Made by a program: the position numbers and the translations under genes. A stretch of 64,000 nucleotides of DNA from Bacillota bacterium. Lineage in GTDB: Bacteria > Bacillota > DTU025. The notes beneath the pieces are model-generated. The model was given only the letters and a program-made list of their open reading frames with translations. It was not told the DNA's origin and searched no databases. The stretch's first letter is position 1. Every line of letters starts with the position of its first letter. Shown in pieces: positions 17,623 to 27,381 of this stretch. The stretch lies in contig JBMNJT010000005.1 of NCBI GenBank assembly GCA_050951805.1, forward strand, positions 1-64,000, written 5' to 3'.

Positions 17623-18762
17623 TCATGGACGATATTCCTTCAATACCCTCGCCATCCTGGCCATGTCTTCCTCCGAATATCGCTGGTCGCAAGGGAGCGT
17701 CAAGATTCGGCGTGCCAACCACGCACTCTCCGGGTACTCCTCCTCAGGGACCTCTGGCGGCAATTCCCAGTGGATATCTGCATGTATCCCGTAATGTTCC
17801 AGATGGCGCCAGAGCAGGTCCCGATCTTCAACCACTACGGGAAACCCAAGCGGGACCGCGTCTTCCGGGAGTTCAGAGATGAGTGCATGCACGCCCCCAC
17901 ATGTTGCCAGCTCCTGAAGGAGTCTCCGAAAATTCCTGCGCCGCACCCGCCTGATCTCTTCGATTCCGACCCTTTTCAGTATTGACCTGGAAACAGGCGA
18001 CATGGCGGCACTCGCGCTGAAACTGCTATCCAGCGCCGCCTCAGCCTGGGCAAACAGGAGCACGTAGTCCCGGCGATTCCCGAATCCGTCAGCCACGTAG
18101 GCGCTCTTCATCATCATTGCCAACGCCCTCGCCGAGTGAAATCCGCTCAGCTGCGCCTCGTTGCCACAGAATGCAGGCTCACTTCCGTCCAGCCAGACGC
18201 AGACGGCACCGTCAACAACCGGAAGGCTCTTCCTGAGGCTCATTATGCACAGATTCGGCTCAAAGGTACTGTGCGGCCATGGGCGTTCACAAAGGGCGCT
18301 GTGGGTCGCATCGTAAACCACCGCACCGCCCCTCCGCCTGATCTCAGCGAGAGCGGAAAGCAGGTCTACTGAGTCAGGAAACCCGAAGTAATTGAGGGTC
18401 ACCACGAGTGTGCCTTGGATATCGTCAAACGCTTTTTCCATGAGATCGTCGGTATCGACAGAAAGATCTGAGAAGACCCGATAATGCTCGGTCTCAACTC
18501 CCATTCTGTGAAACGGGCTGAGCATGGAGTAGCAAAGGTAAGATGGCAACAGCGCCCTTCGCACCAGACTTCCGCCTTTTTTCAGGTTGAGCCATGCATT
18601 GAGGTAGGCGGTCCGCCCTGAAGCAAGCATGCTTACAGGACGCCCTTTGCTCAGCCCGTCCAGTACGTTTTGATATGACGGTTCGCCATTCGCACATCGA
18701 ATATCCGCAAAACAGAAATCTCCGCCGATCTCCATCACAACGCTCCCTTTCACCACAAGCAC
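17623..18762 (-). CDS. DegT/DnrJ/EryC1/StrS-like PLP-dependent protein
   Basis: SGRTA, LPSYLC, NYFGF, YDATHS, SLRKSLPVVDGA, RRRNF, LTLPCDQRY. Confidence 0.8.
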   Translation of the reverse strand: MLVVKGSVVMEIGGDFCFADIRCANGEPSYQNVLDGLSKGRPVSMLASGRTAYLNAWLNLKKGGSLVRRALLPSYLCYSMLSPFHRMGVETEHYRVFSDLSVDTDDLMEKAFDDIQGTLVVTLNYFGFPDSVDLLSALAEIRRRGGAVVYDATHSALCERPWPHSTFEPNLCIMSLRKSLPVVDGAVCVWLDGSEPAFCGNEAQLSGFHSARALAMMMKSAYVADGFGNRRDYVLLFAQAEAALDSSFSASAAMSPVSRSILKRVGIEEIRRVRRRNFRRLLQELATCGGVHALISELPEDAVPLGFPVVVEDRDLLWRHLEHYGIHADIHWELPPEVPEEEYPESAWLARRILTLPCDQRYSEEDMARMARVLKEYRP

Positions 18763-19212
18763 TGCATGTTAAGTATAACTCCGCACCATCCATCGCGCAT
18801 TATGACCTTACTATCCCACCCCAACAGGTCGAAAGCCCCTTTACAGCACTATATCGGGGCAATTGGGTTGGAACGGAGTTTTTGCGACGAATGACAAAGG
18901 CTTGCATTCAAGATGAGAATATGGATCCCTACGAGTCTAATCCGATGCCGATTATGTGCATTTGAGTCGTCGCCAAACTCGCATTGTCTGATGCCCAGTC
19001 CCTAGCTGCCGGTATTCGCGCACAATCAAATCTGCTGGCGCCGCGGTCATTTGAATGGTAACATTGAGAGCAGGTATAGACATGAAAATGCGGGGCCGAA
19101 AGGCATCGACAACATCCGCCGGCAAGCGTCAGTTGCATGCATTCATGCACCGCAGAGTGTCTGCACGAATAGCGCACTCACCAAATATAGGTGCGCCGAG
19201 GAGGAAGCTTTG

Positions 19213-20076
19213 ATGCAGATTGTAACAGACTACGCCGCCGACATCTCCCCCGAACAGCTTGAAGGTTTGGAGGTACATTACCTTCCCTTGATGATCACGG
19301 TAGATGGCAAAACGTACCGCAGCGGGGTTGACATCACTCCTGACCAATTCTACGAGTTACAGGCAACGGCAGTGGAGATACCTACCACGTCTCAACCTTC
19401 GCCCGGAGAATTCGCCGATCTCTATCGCAGCCTTGCGCAGACAGATCCGGATATTCTGTCCATTCATATATCCTCCGGGCTGAGCGGTACAGTGAATGTC
19501 GCAAGAATCGGGGCAAAAATGGTGCCTGAAGCCAATGTGGAAGTATATGACACAAAAACTCTTTCAGCCGCCCAAGGGTGGCACGTTGAGATGGCTGCAA
19601 AGGCTGTGCGTGCCGGATGGGAAAAATCCCGGATAGTGGCGATGCTCAAGCAGGTCACTGAAGCCTCAGAGACCCTCTTCACCCTCTCAACATTGAAGTA
19701 TCTAATCCACGGCGGACGAATCAGCCATCTCAAAGGACTGGTAGCATCGTTGCTCAACATAAAACCAATAATCGGCGTAGAAAAGGCAGGCGGCACATAC
19801 GTCACACGTGGACAGGCACGCACGATGACTAGGGCAATTGACGCGTTAGCAGATATCGTCAGTTCGATGTATCCTCCTGAGACGCCCATGCGTGCGCAGA
19901 TTCTCCATTCGCAAAACCCGACAGGCGTATCTCGGCTTCAGGACAAGCTCGATAAGGTCTTCGTTTGTAACTGGCTCCCAACAGGCCCGATAGCTCCGGT
20001 GCTCGGTGCGCATACAGGCCCAGGCCTTGTGGGGATAGCCATTGCTCCCGAAGCACTATTTCCGCAGATGCCATAG
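19213..20076 (+). CDS. DegV family fatty-acid-binding protein
   Basis: IVTD, PTTSQPSPG, ISSGLSGT, GGRIS, LLNIKPII, GAHTGPG. Confidence 0.93.
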   Translation: MQIVTDYAADISPEQLEGLEVHYLPLMITVDGKTYRSGVDITPDQFYELQATAVEIPTTSQPSPGEFADLYRSLAQTDPDILSIHISSGLSGTVNVARIGAKMVPEANVEVYDTKTLSAAQGWHVEMAAKAVRAGWEKSRIVAMLKQVTEASETLFTLSTLKYLIHGGRISHLKGLVASLLNIKPIIGVEKAGGTYVTRGQARTMTRAIDALADIVSSMYPPETPMRAQILHSQNPTGVSRLQDKLDKVFVCNWLPTGPIAPVLGAHTGPGLVGIAIAPEALFPQMP

Positions 20077-20128
20077 GAGGCTATCACCGTCTGCAGCGAA
20101 CAATCATGACCATGTTAGGAGCGAGCAT

Positions 20129-20725
20129 ATGAAACTCCGCGATCTTGCGCTTCGAATTCTCATGATGATTTCCGGCCTGTCCTTGATAGGCTTGGGGATA
20201 GCGATGTTCGTAAAAGCGGGCCTCGGAGCAGATCCGATAACCGTTCTATGCCAGGGAATATCGATCACAGCCAACATCAGTTTAGGCAGAGCGCTACAAC
20301 TTAACGGACTAGCCCTCTTTGTTGTATTGCTCATCATCGGCAGAGAATACATAGGATTGGGCACATTTGCGGGGTCTTTCGTCACTGGAGCCATGGCTGA
20401 TGTGTTTAGCGCCGCAATGCACAGCCCTACAGCCCCTTGGCAGTCGTGGCCCATACTGATAGCATCGATAGCGGTTATCAGCTCGGGAGTGGCAATCTAC
20501 CTCTCTGCAGAACTGGGAGACGGACCTTTGGAAGGAGTGATGATGCTTATCAGCGACCGCCTCGGAGCACCAATCGCCTGGGTCAAGATAGCAATGGACG
20601 TTGCCGCAACAGTTGCAGGTATTGCGATGGGGGCCGTGCCCGGAGTCGGAACGATCGCTTCCGTCCTCTTAACCGGCCCCATCATACAGACAATGCTTCA
20701 GGTAATCAAGAAGTCCATGGCTTAA
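20129..20725 (+). CDS. YczE/YyaS/YitT-family membrane protein
   Basis: AGLGADP, LGDGPLEG, GVGTIASVLLTGPIIQ. Confidence 0.85.
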   Translation: MKLRDLALRILMMISGLSLIGLGIAMFVKAGLGADPITVLCQGISITANISLGRALQLNGLALFVVLLIIGREYIGLGTFAGSFVTGAMADVFSAAMHSPTAPWQSWPILIASIAVISSGVAIYLSAELGDGPLEGVMMLISDRLGAPIAWVKIAMDVAATVAGIAMGAVPGVGTIASVLLTGPIIQTMLQVIKKSMA

Positions 20726-20764
20726 TCGCCAATTGAGTCGGAGCGTGCCTTTTTCCTTCGACTG

Positions 20765-21574
20765 CTACCACGCTACATCTGGCGCGTCTATCGTCACAAC
20801 AGCTTTCATGCCCTCATACGGAACTGGCAACTGAACCGGACTGTAAACCACTTCGACTGCGATGTCATCGACAGTCATAAGGCCCGAACATGGGTTCCCA
20901 TCTGCAGCCCTCTGCCTCGCCAAAGGCGAGCATGCGCTTGGATCAACAGCGAAATGATGACAACATTCCTCAGGAATCGGCTCAAACCCGAGTCTGCGCA
21001 GAAAACGGGGCGAAAGAGTGCTGCAGTTGCCACCGTCTGATATGGGCAGCAACTCGCACTCAGATCCAGGCCGCGCCGGCTTGTGCTCAACAGGCACTGA
21101 ACTTTTCAAAGCTGCTCGGATGACGCCATCATCCCCCTTTTCCATGGGAAATGGTTCAATGACCACCACCCCGGCGCGTGATCGCGCATATCTCAGAAAG
21201 CCCTCCAAAGCCGCGGTTCCAATACCACAGTTGCGATAAGGCTTTTCTACAAAAACGCATTCCAAGAGAATGATATCGTGCCTGTCCGAATCAGTGACAT
21301 CCCTTCGTATCTCAGGAGGCTCCGGCACAAGCAAGTCGCCTGCCAGGGAGACTTCCGGGCTGAACTGGCTGAACATATCCCGGTAATCACATGGTTTGCC
21401 CACGATGATCCAGTCATCGATCTGAAACCATAGGCCTGCTATTATCCCCACAGTCGTTTCCGATCCATCATCGTTCCTGTCAACAATGTGTCCGCATGTG
21501 CCTCTCACGAACCTGCCGATATCGCCGTTGGGTGTGAAAATTTGGTTGACGCCGATTCTAAGTGCAATCATCAC
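20765..21574 (-). CDS. GNAT-like hypothetical protein
   Basis: LECVFVEKPYRNCGIGTAAL resembles acetyl-CoA motif A; FLRRLGF; GGGAGGAGG RBS. Confidence 0.6.
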   Translation of the reverse strand: MMIALRIGVNQIFTPNGDIGRFVRGTCGHIVDRNDDGSETTVGIIAGLWFQIDDWIIVGKPCDYRDMFSQFSPEVSLAGDLLVPEPPEIRRDVTDSDRHDIILLECVFVEKPYRNCGIGTAALEGFLRYARSRAGVVVIEPFPMEKGDDGVIRAALKSSVPVEHKPARPGSECELLPISDGGNCSTLSPRFLRRLGFEPIPEECCHHFAVDPSACSPLARQRAADGNPCSGLMTVDDIAVEVVYSPVQLPVPYEGMKAVVTIDAPDVAW

Positions 21575-21746
21575 GACAGCCTCCTCCCGTAGATTACTGT
21601 GACGAGTAGGCCACCGCATCATAGCACACAGGTCGGCACAATCATGTCACCGGGCTAGTCCGACAGCTCACGACTTTCTTCAAACAAGGATTGGGCACGT
21701 GGCGCCACCGCCACAACCAGTTTCCAGCCGATTGTTGCAACGTCGT

Positions 21747-24038
21747 TCAACCAAGCTTTTCCTCTCCTATGTCCCTCATGGATAAGGCTATTCGGCCCCG
21801 CTCTATATCGACCGACAGCACGCGAACCTTCACGATATCCCCGATACTCACCACATCCAGCGGATGCCTGACGTACCTATTGGAAAGCTCGGATATATGA
21901 ACGAGCCCATCCTGCTGTACACCTATATCTACGAACGCGCCGAAGTCCACCACATTTCGCACAGTGCCTTCGAGCATCATGCCCGGACGCAGGTCATCCA
22001 TGGTCAGCACGTCCTTGCGGAGTATTGGCTGGGGAAACTCATCCCGCGGGTCGCGACCGGGCCGCTGAAGCGCTTCAATGATATCTTCCAGCGTAGGCAG
22101 GCCAACATCGAGCCGCTCAGCCCAATCTTGAGCATCCAAGGCGCTCAGCCTTTGACAAAGCTTAGTCCGATCGCGTTCCGCAACGTCGTCCACGGCAAAC
22201 CCCAGTTCTGCCAATAGATGTTCGGCCACAGGGTAAGATTCGGGGTGGATCGCGGTGTTGTCCAACGGATACCTGCCCCCCGGCACCCTCAAGAAGCCGG
22301 CGCACTGCTCGAAGGTTTTGGGGCCCAACCGGGAGACTGAAAGCAGTTCTTTTCTTTCGCCAAAAGGCCCTTCGGACTCTCGTTTTGCAACAATATTGGC
22401 GGCTACTGATGGGCTAATTCCCGCAACATACGACAGCAGAGGAACTGACGCCGTATTCAGGTCGACACCCACGCGGTTTACAGCAGACTCAACCACTCCA
22501 TTGAGCGTAGTGCTCAGCTCCTTGCCGGAAACGTCGTGCTGATACTGGCCGACGCCGATGGATCGCGGCTCTATCTTCACCAGCTCAGCCAGGGGATCCT
22601 GAAGCCGACGTGCTATGGAGACAGCGCTGCGCTCCGAAACATCCAGATCAGGGAATTCTTCGCGCGCAACCTTGGACGCGGAGTAAACTGATGCCCCCGC
22701 CTCATTTACAACCACATACGAAATTGACCGCTCCGCCTTGGGAATCAAGCCAGCCACAAACGCTTCCGCCTCGCGGGATGCTGTCCCATTGCCAATGGCA
22801 ATCAGGTCCACCCCGTGCTCGTCAATGATTTTGAGCAAGACTTGCTCGGCCTCCTCGATCCTTTTCTGAGGAGGTGTAGGATAGACTACAGTGGTCTCAA
22901 GCAGCTTACCCGTTGCATCTACCACCGCTATCTTGCACCCTGTGCGATACGCGGGATCGAGGCCGAGCACGACCTTGCCACGGATCGGCGGCGTCAGGAG
23001 TAAAGCCTTCAGGTTGGCTCCGAATACCCTGATAGCCTGCTGCTCTGCTTCTTCCGTCAGCGCATTACGCACGTCCCGTTCAACTGCAGGGGCCAACAGA
23101 CGGTCGTAGGCGTCTTTTGCCACGAGGGCCAATTCGGCATCTGCCGGACTCGACTTCGGCCCTTCTCGCATCAACCTCCGCTTCAGGTATGACACTATAG
23201 GCTCTGCTTCAAGCGTGATACGAACGCGCAAGACCTTCTCCCTCTCCCCCCTGTTTATCGCCAACACTCGATGGGGAGGAATTCTATTCACAGGCTCGCA
23301 GTAATCGTAATACTGCTCATAGGTAGTGCGCGCCTCAGAGTCGGTTGCTTCTGTTGATATTTCGCCATGGCCTGCCGTCCATTGGCGAGCCCATGCCCGC
23401 ACTTCAGGATCATCTGCCAGAATTTCGGCTACTATGTCGCGCGCACCTGCCAAAGCCTCTTCCGCGCTGGCAACACCCGCTTCAAGATTGACGTATTCCG
23501 CCGCCCGCTCGAGAGGATCACCAGTTTCAGGCCGCAAGAGCAACCATTCTGCCAATGGCCCCAAACCCCGCTCACGCGCCATGCTCGCCCTTGTTCTGCG
23601 CTTGGGACGGTATGGGCGGTATATATCATCAACACGTTGGAGGGTTTCAGCCGTCTCCAACAACTGCCTTATCTCTGGCGTCAGCGCCCCCTGCTCGTCT
23701 ATGAGCCTCATCACCTCGAGCTTGCGCGTCTCAAGATTCCGCAGGTAATCAAGCCTCTCATCTATAGAGCGAATGGCTTCCTCATCGAGTCCCCCGGTCT
23801 GTTCTTTCCTGTAGCGGGCTAAGAAGGGGATGGTGTTTCCCTCATCCAGGAGACGTATGACGCTATCCACCTTGGATCTTGCGATTCCAAGCTCCCCGCT
23901 GATCTTGGTTGCAATCCCCGCCCACATCTGCGCAGCGATTTCTGCCTCATTCGGAGTCCCTTGTCCTTCCATGTCCTCTGCGGTCGCACGTAGTCCATCT
24001 TTCTCTTGTTCTTCAGTTGCCAAAGACTCGACTTCCAT
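21747..24038 (-). CDS. tex: Tex-family RNA-binding transcriptional accessory protein
   Basis: GNTIPFLARYRKEQTG, DPAYRTGCK, NEAGASVYSAS, GVGQYQHD, C-terminal S1 (NVVDFGAFVDIG). Confidence 0.95.
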   Translation of the reverse strand: MEVESLATEEQEKDGLRATAEDMEGQGTPNEAEIAAQMWAGIATKISGELGIARSKVDSVIRLLDEGNTIPFLARYRKEQTGGLDEEAIRSIDERLDYLRNLETRKLEVMRLIDEQGALTPEIRQLLETAETLQRVDDIYRPYRPKRRTRASMARERGLGPLAEWLLLRPETGDPLERAAEYVNLEAGVASAEEALAGARDIVAEILADDPEVRAWARQWTAGHGEISTEATDSEARTTYEQYYDYCEPVNRIPPHRVLAINRGEREKVLRVRITLEAEPIVSYLKRRLMREGPKSSPADAELALVAKDAYDRLLAPAVERDVRNALTEEAEQQAIRVFGANLKALLLTPPIRGKVVLGLDPAYRTGCKIAVVDATGKLLETTVVYPTPPQKRIEEAEQVLLKIIDEHGVDLIAIGNGTASREAEAFVAGLIPKAERSISYVVVNEAGASVYSASKVAREEFPDLDVSERSAVSIARRLQDPLAELVKIEPRSIGVGQYQHDVSGKELSTTLNGVVESAVNRVGVDLNTASVPLLSYVAGISPSVAANIVAKRESEGPFGERKELLSVSRLGPKTFEQCAGFLRVPGGRYPLDNTAIHPESYPVAEHLLAELGFAVDDVAERDRTKLCQRLSALDAQDWAERLDVGLPTLEDIIEALQRPGRDPRDEFPQPILRKDVLTMDDLRPGMMLEGTVRNVVDFGAFVDIGVQQDGLVHISELSNRYVRHPLDVVSIGDIVKVRVLSVDIERGRIALSMRDIGEEKLG

Positions 24039-24245
24039 ATCTTAACTTGCCCCCTGTAATATCCAACTCAATGCGTGCGATAGTATTCCGCAATCGCCGA
24101 TTTAATCTTAGCATCCTTTTTGAGTCAGTGTCGAACGGCGCGGCCATGCGCGGCGACATAGACCTGTAACTTGCCATGACATAGCATATCGTCACAATCA
24201 GCACAATTGCGGCAGTGTAACCAGTCCAGCGGCTCACAAGACAAC

Positions 24246-24286
24246 GGCAAAGGCCTGCCAGAATGCCTTCTTGGCAGGCCTTTGCC
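24246..24286. terminator. intrinsic terminator hairpin ending the ECF/ARH operon
   Basis: 15-bp perfect inverted repeat GGCAAAGGCCTGCCA...TGGCAGGCCTTTGCC. Confidence 0.8.
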
Positions 24287-24338
24287 CCATGTACTACGAC
24301 TCAATCTGCATACATAGCTAACGCTAATCCGACAACAG

Positions 24339-25592
24339 TCAGATTCCTAACAGCTCTCTTACGATAGAAGCGATATCCGTTATCGAGCTCACGTTTTCTA
24401 TGTCCACACTATCCGCGTTCCGACCTACTACAATCAAAGGGACATCAACGTCAGTATCGAGGGTAGTCCCGTGGCTTCCCAGTGTGTAATCCATGAATAA
24501 CAATGCCTCTATAAACATGCAGCCACGGTCAGTCACTGCGATCAGCGGAGGGGTGCGAGGATGCTCTATGTGGAGTTCTGCGCGTCTAGTCACGTCTTCA
24601 GCCTCTATCACTTCAGCCACGCCCTCAGTCTGTCTCAGCGCATCCGCGATCTTCCCCCTGTTATCTTCGGCCCAAACGTATAGGACTCCACCGTCAAGAG
24701 TTATTGGCACATCTTCATCGGTGATATCGTCGATGATGTCCCTTGCCGCGATGCCGGTGTCGACCCTAGTCATGCCGTGGTCTGCCGTGATGATCAAACT
24801 CCACCGTCCCGGACGTGTCGCTTCCAGTGTTGCGGCCAATTCCTCAAGACCTTCGCTGATAGAGCAGAGGCACTCAGCTGTTTCGGCAGCGGGCAAAGGC
24901 CCGAACCTGTGTCCACACTTGTCAACGCTCCCAACGTTTATGCCGACAAATACAGGCATGTCATTCTGCTCTAGATAGGCCTCGACCGTCCTCAAAACCC
25001 ACCGATCTAGTTGGATATGCCATCCGGCGAAATCCTCATACTGGGTAGACTCATCGGGCGGAGGACCCACAGTTTCGATGACCCAATCCGGTACCGACTC
25101 GGGCCAGATTGCGAAGTCAGTAGCCTCCGAGAGCATCTTGCACAAGTTAGCTTTTGCGGAGATCATTGCGGTACCCAACCCTGCAGAGCGCGCCACATGG
25201 AACAGCGTCGGCTCTTCCAAAACCGCAGGATCCTTGAACCGCAATAGCTCCCCATCATCGTCTAGATACTCTTTGCCTGTTACCCCATTTCTCTCCGGGT
25301 ATGTTCCCGTGAAAATTGCCGCATGCCCGGCGGCTGTGGAAGACGGGAATACTGCCTCAATCGACTTATATTGGCATCTCTCGTCAGCACACAGTTGCCT
25401 CAGGTACGCGGTTTCAGGCAAGCAGCCCAGTGACAAGTTAGGGCACCCATCTATCACGCAGACTACCACCGTCATCTGCTCCTGCTGCTCTGACCCGGCG
25501 GCGCTGGTTGCCAGCGCCGCCTGCGGCCAGGCCATGATTATGGCCAATAGCAGCAGTAACAGGAACCTCCAATGCTGCTTTCGCAATGTCAT
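24339..25592 (-). CDS. secreted alkaline-phosphatase-superfamily (nucleotide pyrophosphatase/phosphodiesterase-like) protein
   Basis: signal peptide ending ALA; VIDG, VFPSSTAAGHAAIFTG, DKCGH, TADHGM, GSHG. Confidence 0.88.
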   Translation of the reverse strand: MTLRKQHWRFLLLLLLAIIMAWPQAALATSAAGSEQQEQMTVVVCVIDGCPNLSLGCLPETAYLRQLCADERCQYKSIEAVFPSSTAAGHAAIFTGTYPERNGVTGKEYLDDDGELLRFKDPAVLEEPTLFHVARSAGLGTAMISAKANLCKMLSEATDFAIWPESVPDWVIETVGPPPDESTQYEDFAGWHIQLDRWVLRTVEAYLEQNDMPVFVGINVGSVDKCGHRFGPLPAAETAECLCSISEGLEELAATLEATRPGRWSLIITADHGMTRVDTGIAARDIIDDITDEDVPITLDGGVLYVWAEDNRGKIADALRQTEGVAEVIEAEDVTRRAELHIEHPRTPPLIAVTDRGCMFIEALLFMDYTLGSHGTTLDTDVDVPLIVVGRNADSVDIENVSSITDIASIVRELLGI

Positions 25593-26104
25593 TTCGTCCT
25601 CACTTCAATGGTCGTGACAAACCAGTTCCAGCTCTCCTTCGGATACTGCTTGTCAAGGCCTGGGTTGTCATCATACGGGAAAACAAGCTTGACGGGGCCA
25701 CCAAGCCCTGATCCGATTGCTTTTCCGCCGTCTTTCGTGGCTACCATGATCTCGTACTTCGCAACGTCCGCAGCGCTTATAATGACCTCTTTGCCGTCCT
25801 TTGCGATTACCACGACCTCACTTACGTTCTTCGGCGCTCCCACGTAGCCCAATATCTTGGCGATATTCACGCCAGCGTATGTTTTTTTGCCAAGCCAGGG
25901 ATCTTTGACCTGATACTCAGTGAGTCCTAGTCCCTCAAGCATCTCCAAGTCAAACTCGCATGCCCCTTTAGCATTGGTGTTGGCTATAGGGCCTTTCACG
26001 GTCAGGACCACCTTGCCGCTGGGTTTCGCGGGACTCGCGAAGCACATCGAACCCAAGATTACGAACGTCAAGCAAAAGACAACAGCTAGTCTGTATTTGC
26101 GCAT
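25589..26104 (-). CDS. secreted small molybdopterin-oxidoreductase-like (COG3915/PruR-like pterin-binding) protein
   Basis: signal peptide; VLTVKG..FDLEMLEGLG..DPW..YAGV..GPVKLVFPYD pattern. Confidence 0.65.
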   Translation of the reverse strand: MRKYRLAVVFCLTFVILGSMCFASPAKPSGKVVLTVKGPIANTNAKGACEFDLEMLEGLGLTEYQVKDPWLGKKTYAGVNIAKILGYVGAPKNVSEVVVIAKDGKEVIISAADVAKYEIMVATKDGGKAIGSGLGGPVKLVFPYDDNPGLDKQYPKESWNWFVTTIEVRTK

Positions 26105-26185
26105 TTCGTCTCTCCCTTTCGATATGTTTTTGGCGCAACGCCATTTCAGTTGATCGCAAGATTCCTTGACCCAAGTTCCCCACGG

Positions 26186-27369
26186 CTATCCTTGCCCCTT
26201 ACGCACCTCCCCGACAATACGTATGGTAGACCCCTGCCTGATCAGCATCGTTCCTCCCACTACCAACAAGAGAGCTGCAATGTAGAATGGCGTGTTTTCC
26301 GATGTGGAATAGAAAAAGCCACCCAGGTAGGGTCCTACAATCGACGCCCCCCAAGTTGCCAAATTGAAGAGGGCAAAAGCCTTTCCGTCTGCGCCATCGC
26401 CGAGGACCTCCCCCACCCCTGCAAAGGCAACGCCATGGCCGGCCATGAATCCGCCCAGAAGGAAGAGGCATATGACCACAGCAACCTGGCCTGAAATGGC
26501 GATGAAACACAGCATCGAGATGACAAAGACAATCACATTGGCTCCTACCGCTACAAGAGTCCCCCGATTGTCTGCCATTCGCCCTACCACGACAGTTATC
26601 ATTGTTTGCCCAAGAGACATTATCGAACCAAGCAGACTGACAATGCTTATGTTTGTGTGGCGCACGTCGCTGAGATACTGCGGAATTATCTGCTGCACCA
26701 TGTAAAAAGAGAAAGCACAAAGAGAGTAGCAGAATACGAACTTCATGAACGATCGGTCGGCCAGCAGACTTGCATATGTAGAAACGCTTGCAGTGCTCTC
26801 ACTTTCGGGTTCTGGTGGCAGGAACGCTATCACGCAACATGCTGCTGCAAAGAACGCGAACGAAAGAAGGAACAGATTCTCGATGGGCCAAATGCTAGAC
26901 AGATAAGCGGATAGAATCGGGCTCGCTATCATTCCCCTGAAAATCCTGCGCTTATCAGCCCAAACGTTCGGCCCGACTCGCCTTCGGGAGAACAAGCCCC
27001 AGCATATGCGTTGAGTGCGGGGTAGCCCAACATCGACCCTGAGTAAAGAGCAATGCCAAGAGCAGCAAGTCTCCAGTCTTTCGCGAAATAGTACAATATT
27101 ACAGATGGCACGCCGATAATCCACGACAAAAGGATCACTCTTTTTCGGTCATACTTGTCGGCCAGCATTCCCCCTGGTATGCTCGACGCCGCCATAACCG
27201 CCATGGATATTGAGTAGACGAATCCCACTTCCTGTGGGGTGCATCCAATGTTGCGGAGATACACAGGAAACATGTATGAATGAAGACCATATCCGAATCC
27301 CCAAAGCAACATGCCTGCAGCTATTAATTGTATGCCCTTCGGCGTACGACTCGCTTGCGACTCCACCAA
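26186..27369 (-). pseudogene. MFS transporter split by a 1-nt frameshift in a G tract at about 26934-26937
   Basis: 5' part (GGMLADKYDRKRV) stops at GFSGE*; one extra G gives ...GFSGGMIASPIL... continuing into the 3' half (GRMADNRG). Confidence 0.8.
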
Positions 27370-27381
27370 CGTTACCTCCGA

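Noticed and set aside
24013-24237. 74-aa ORF upstream of tex
   Set aside because: Starts right after a terminator hairpin with no RBS and overlaps the tex start; cannot be supported
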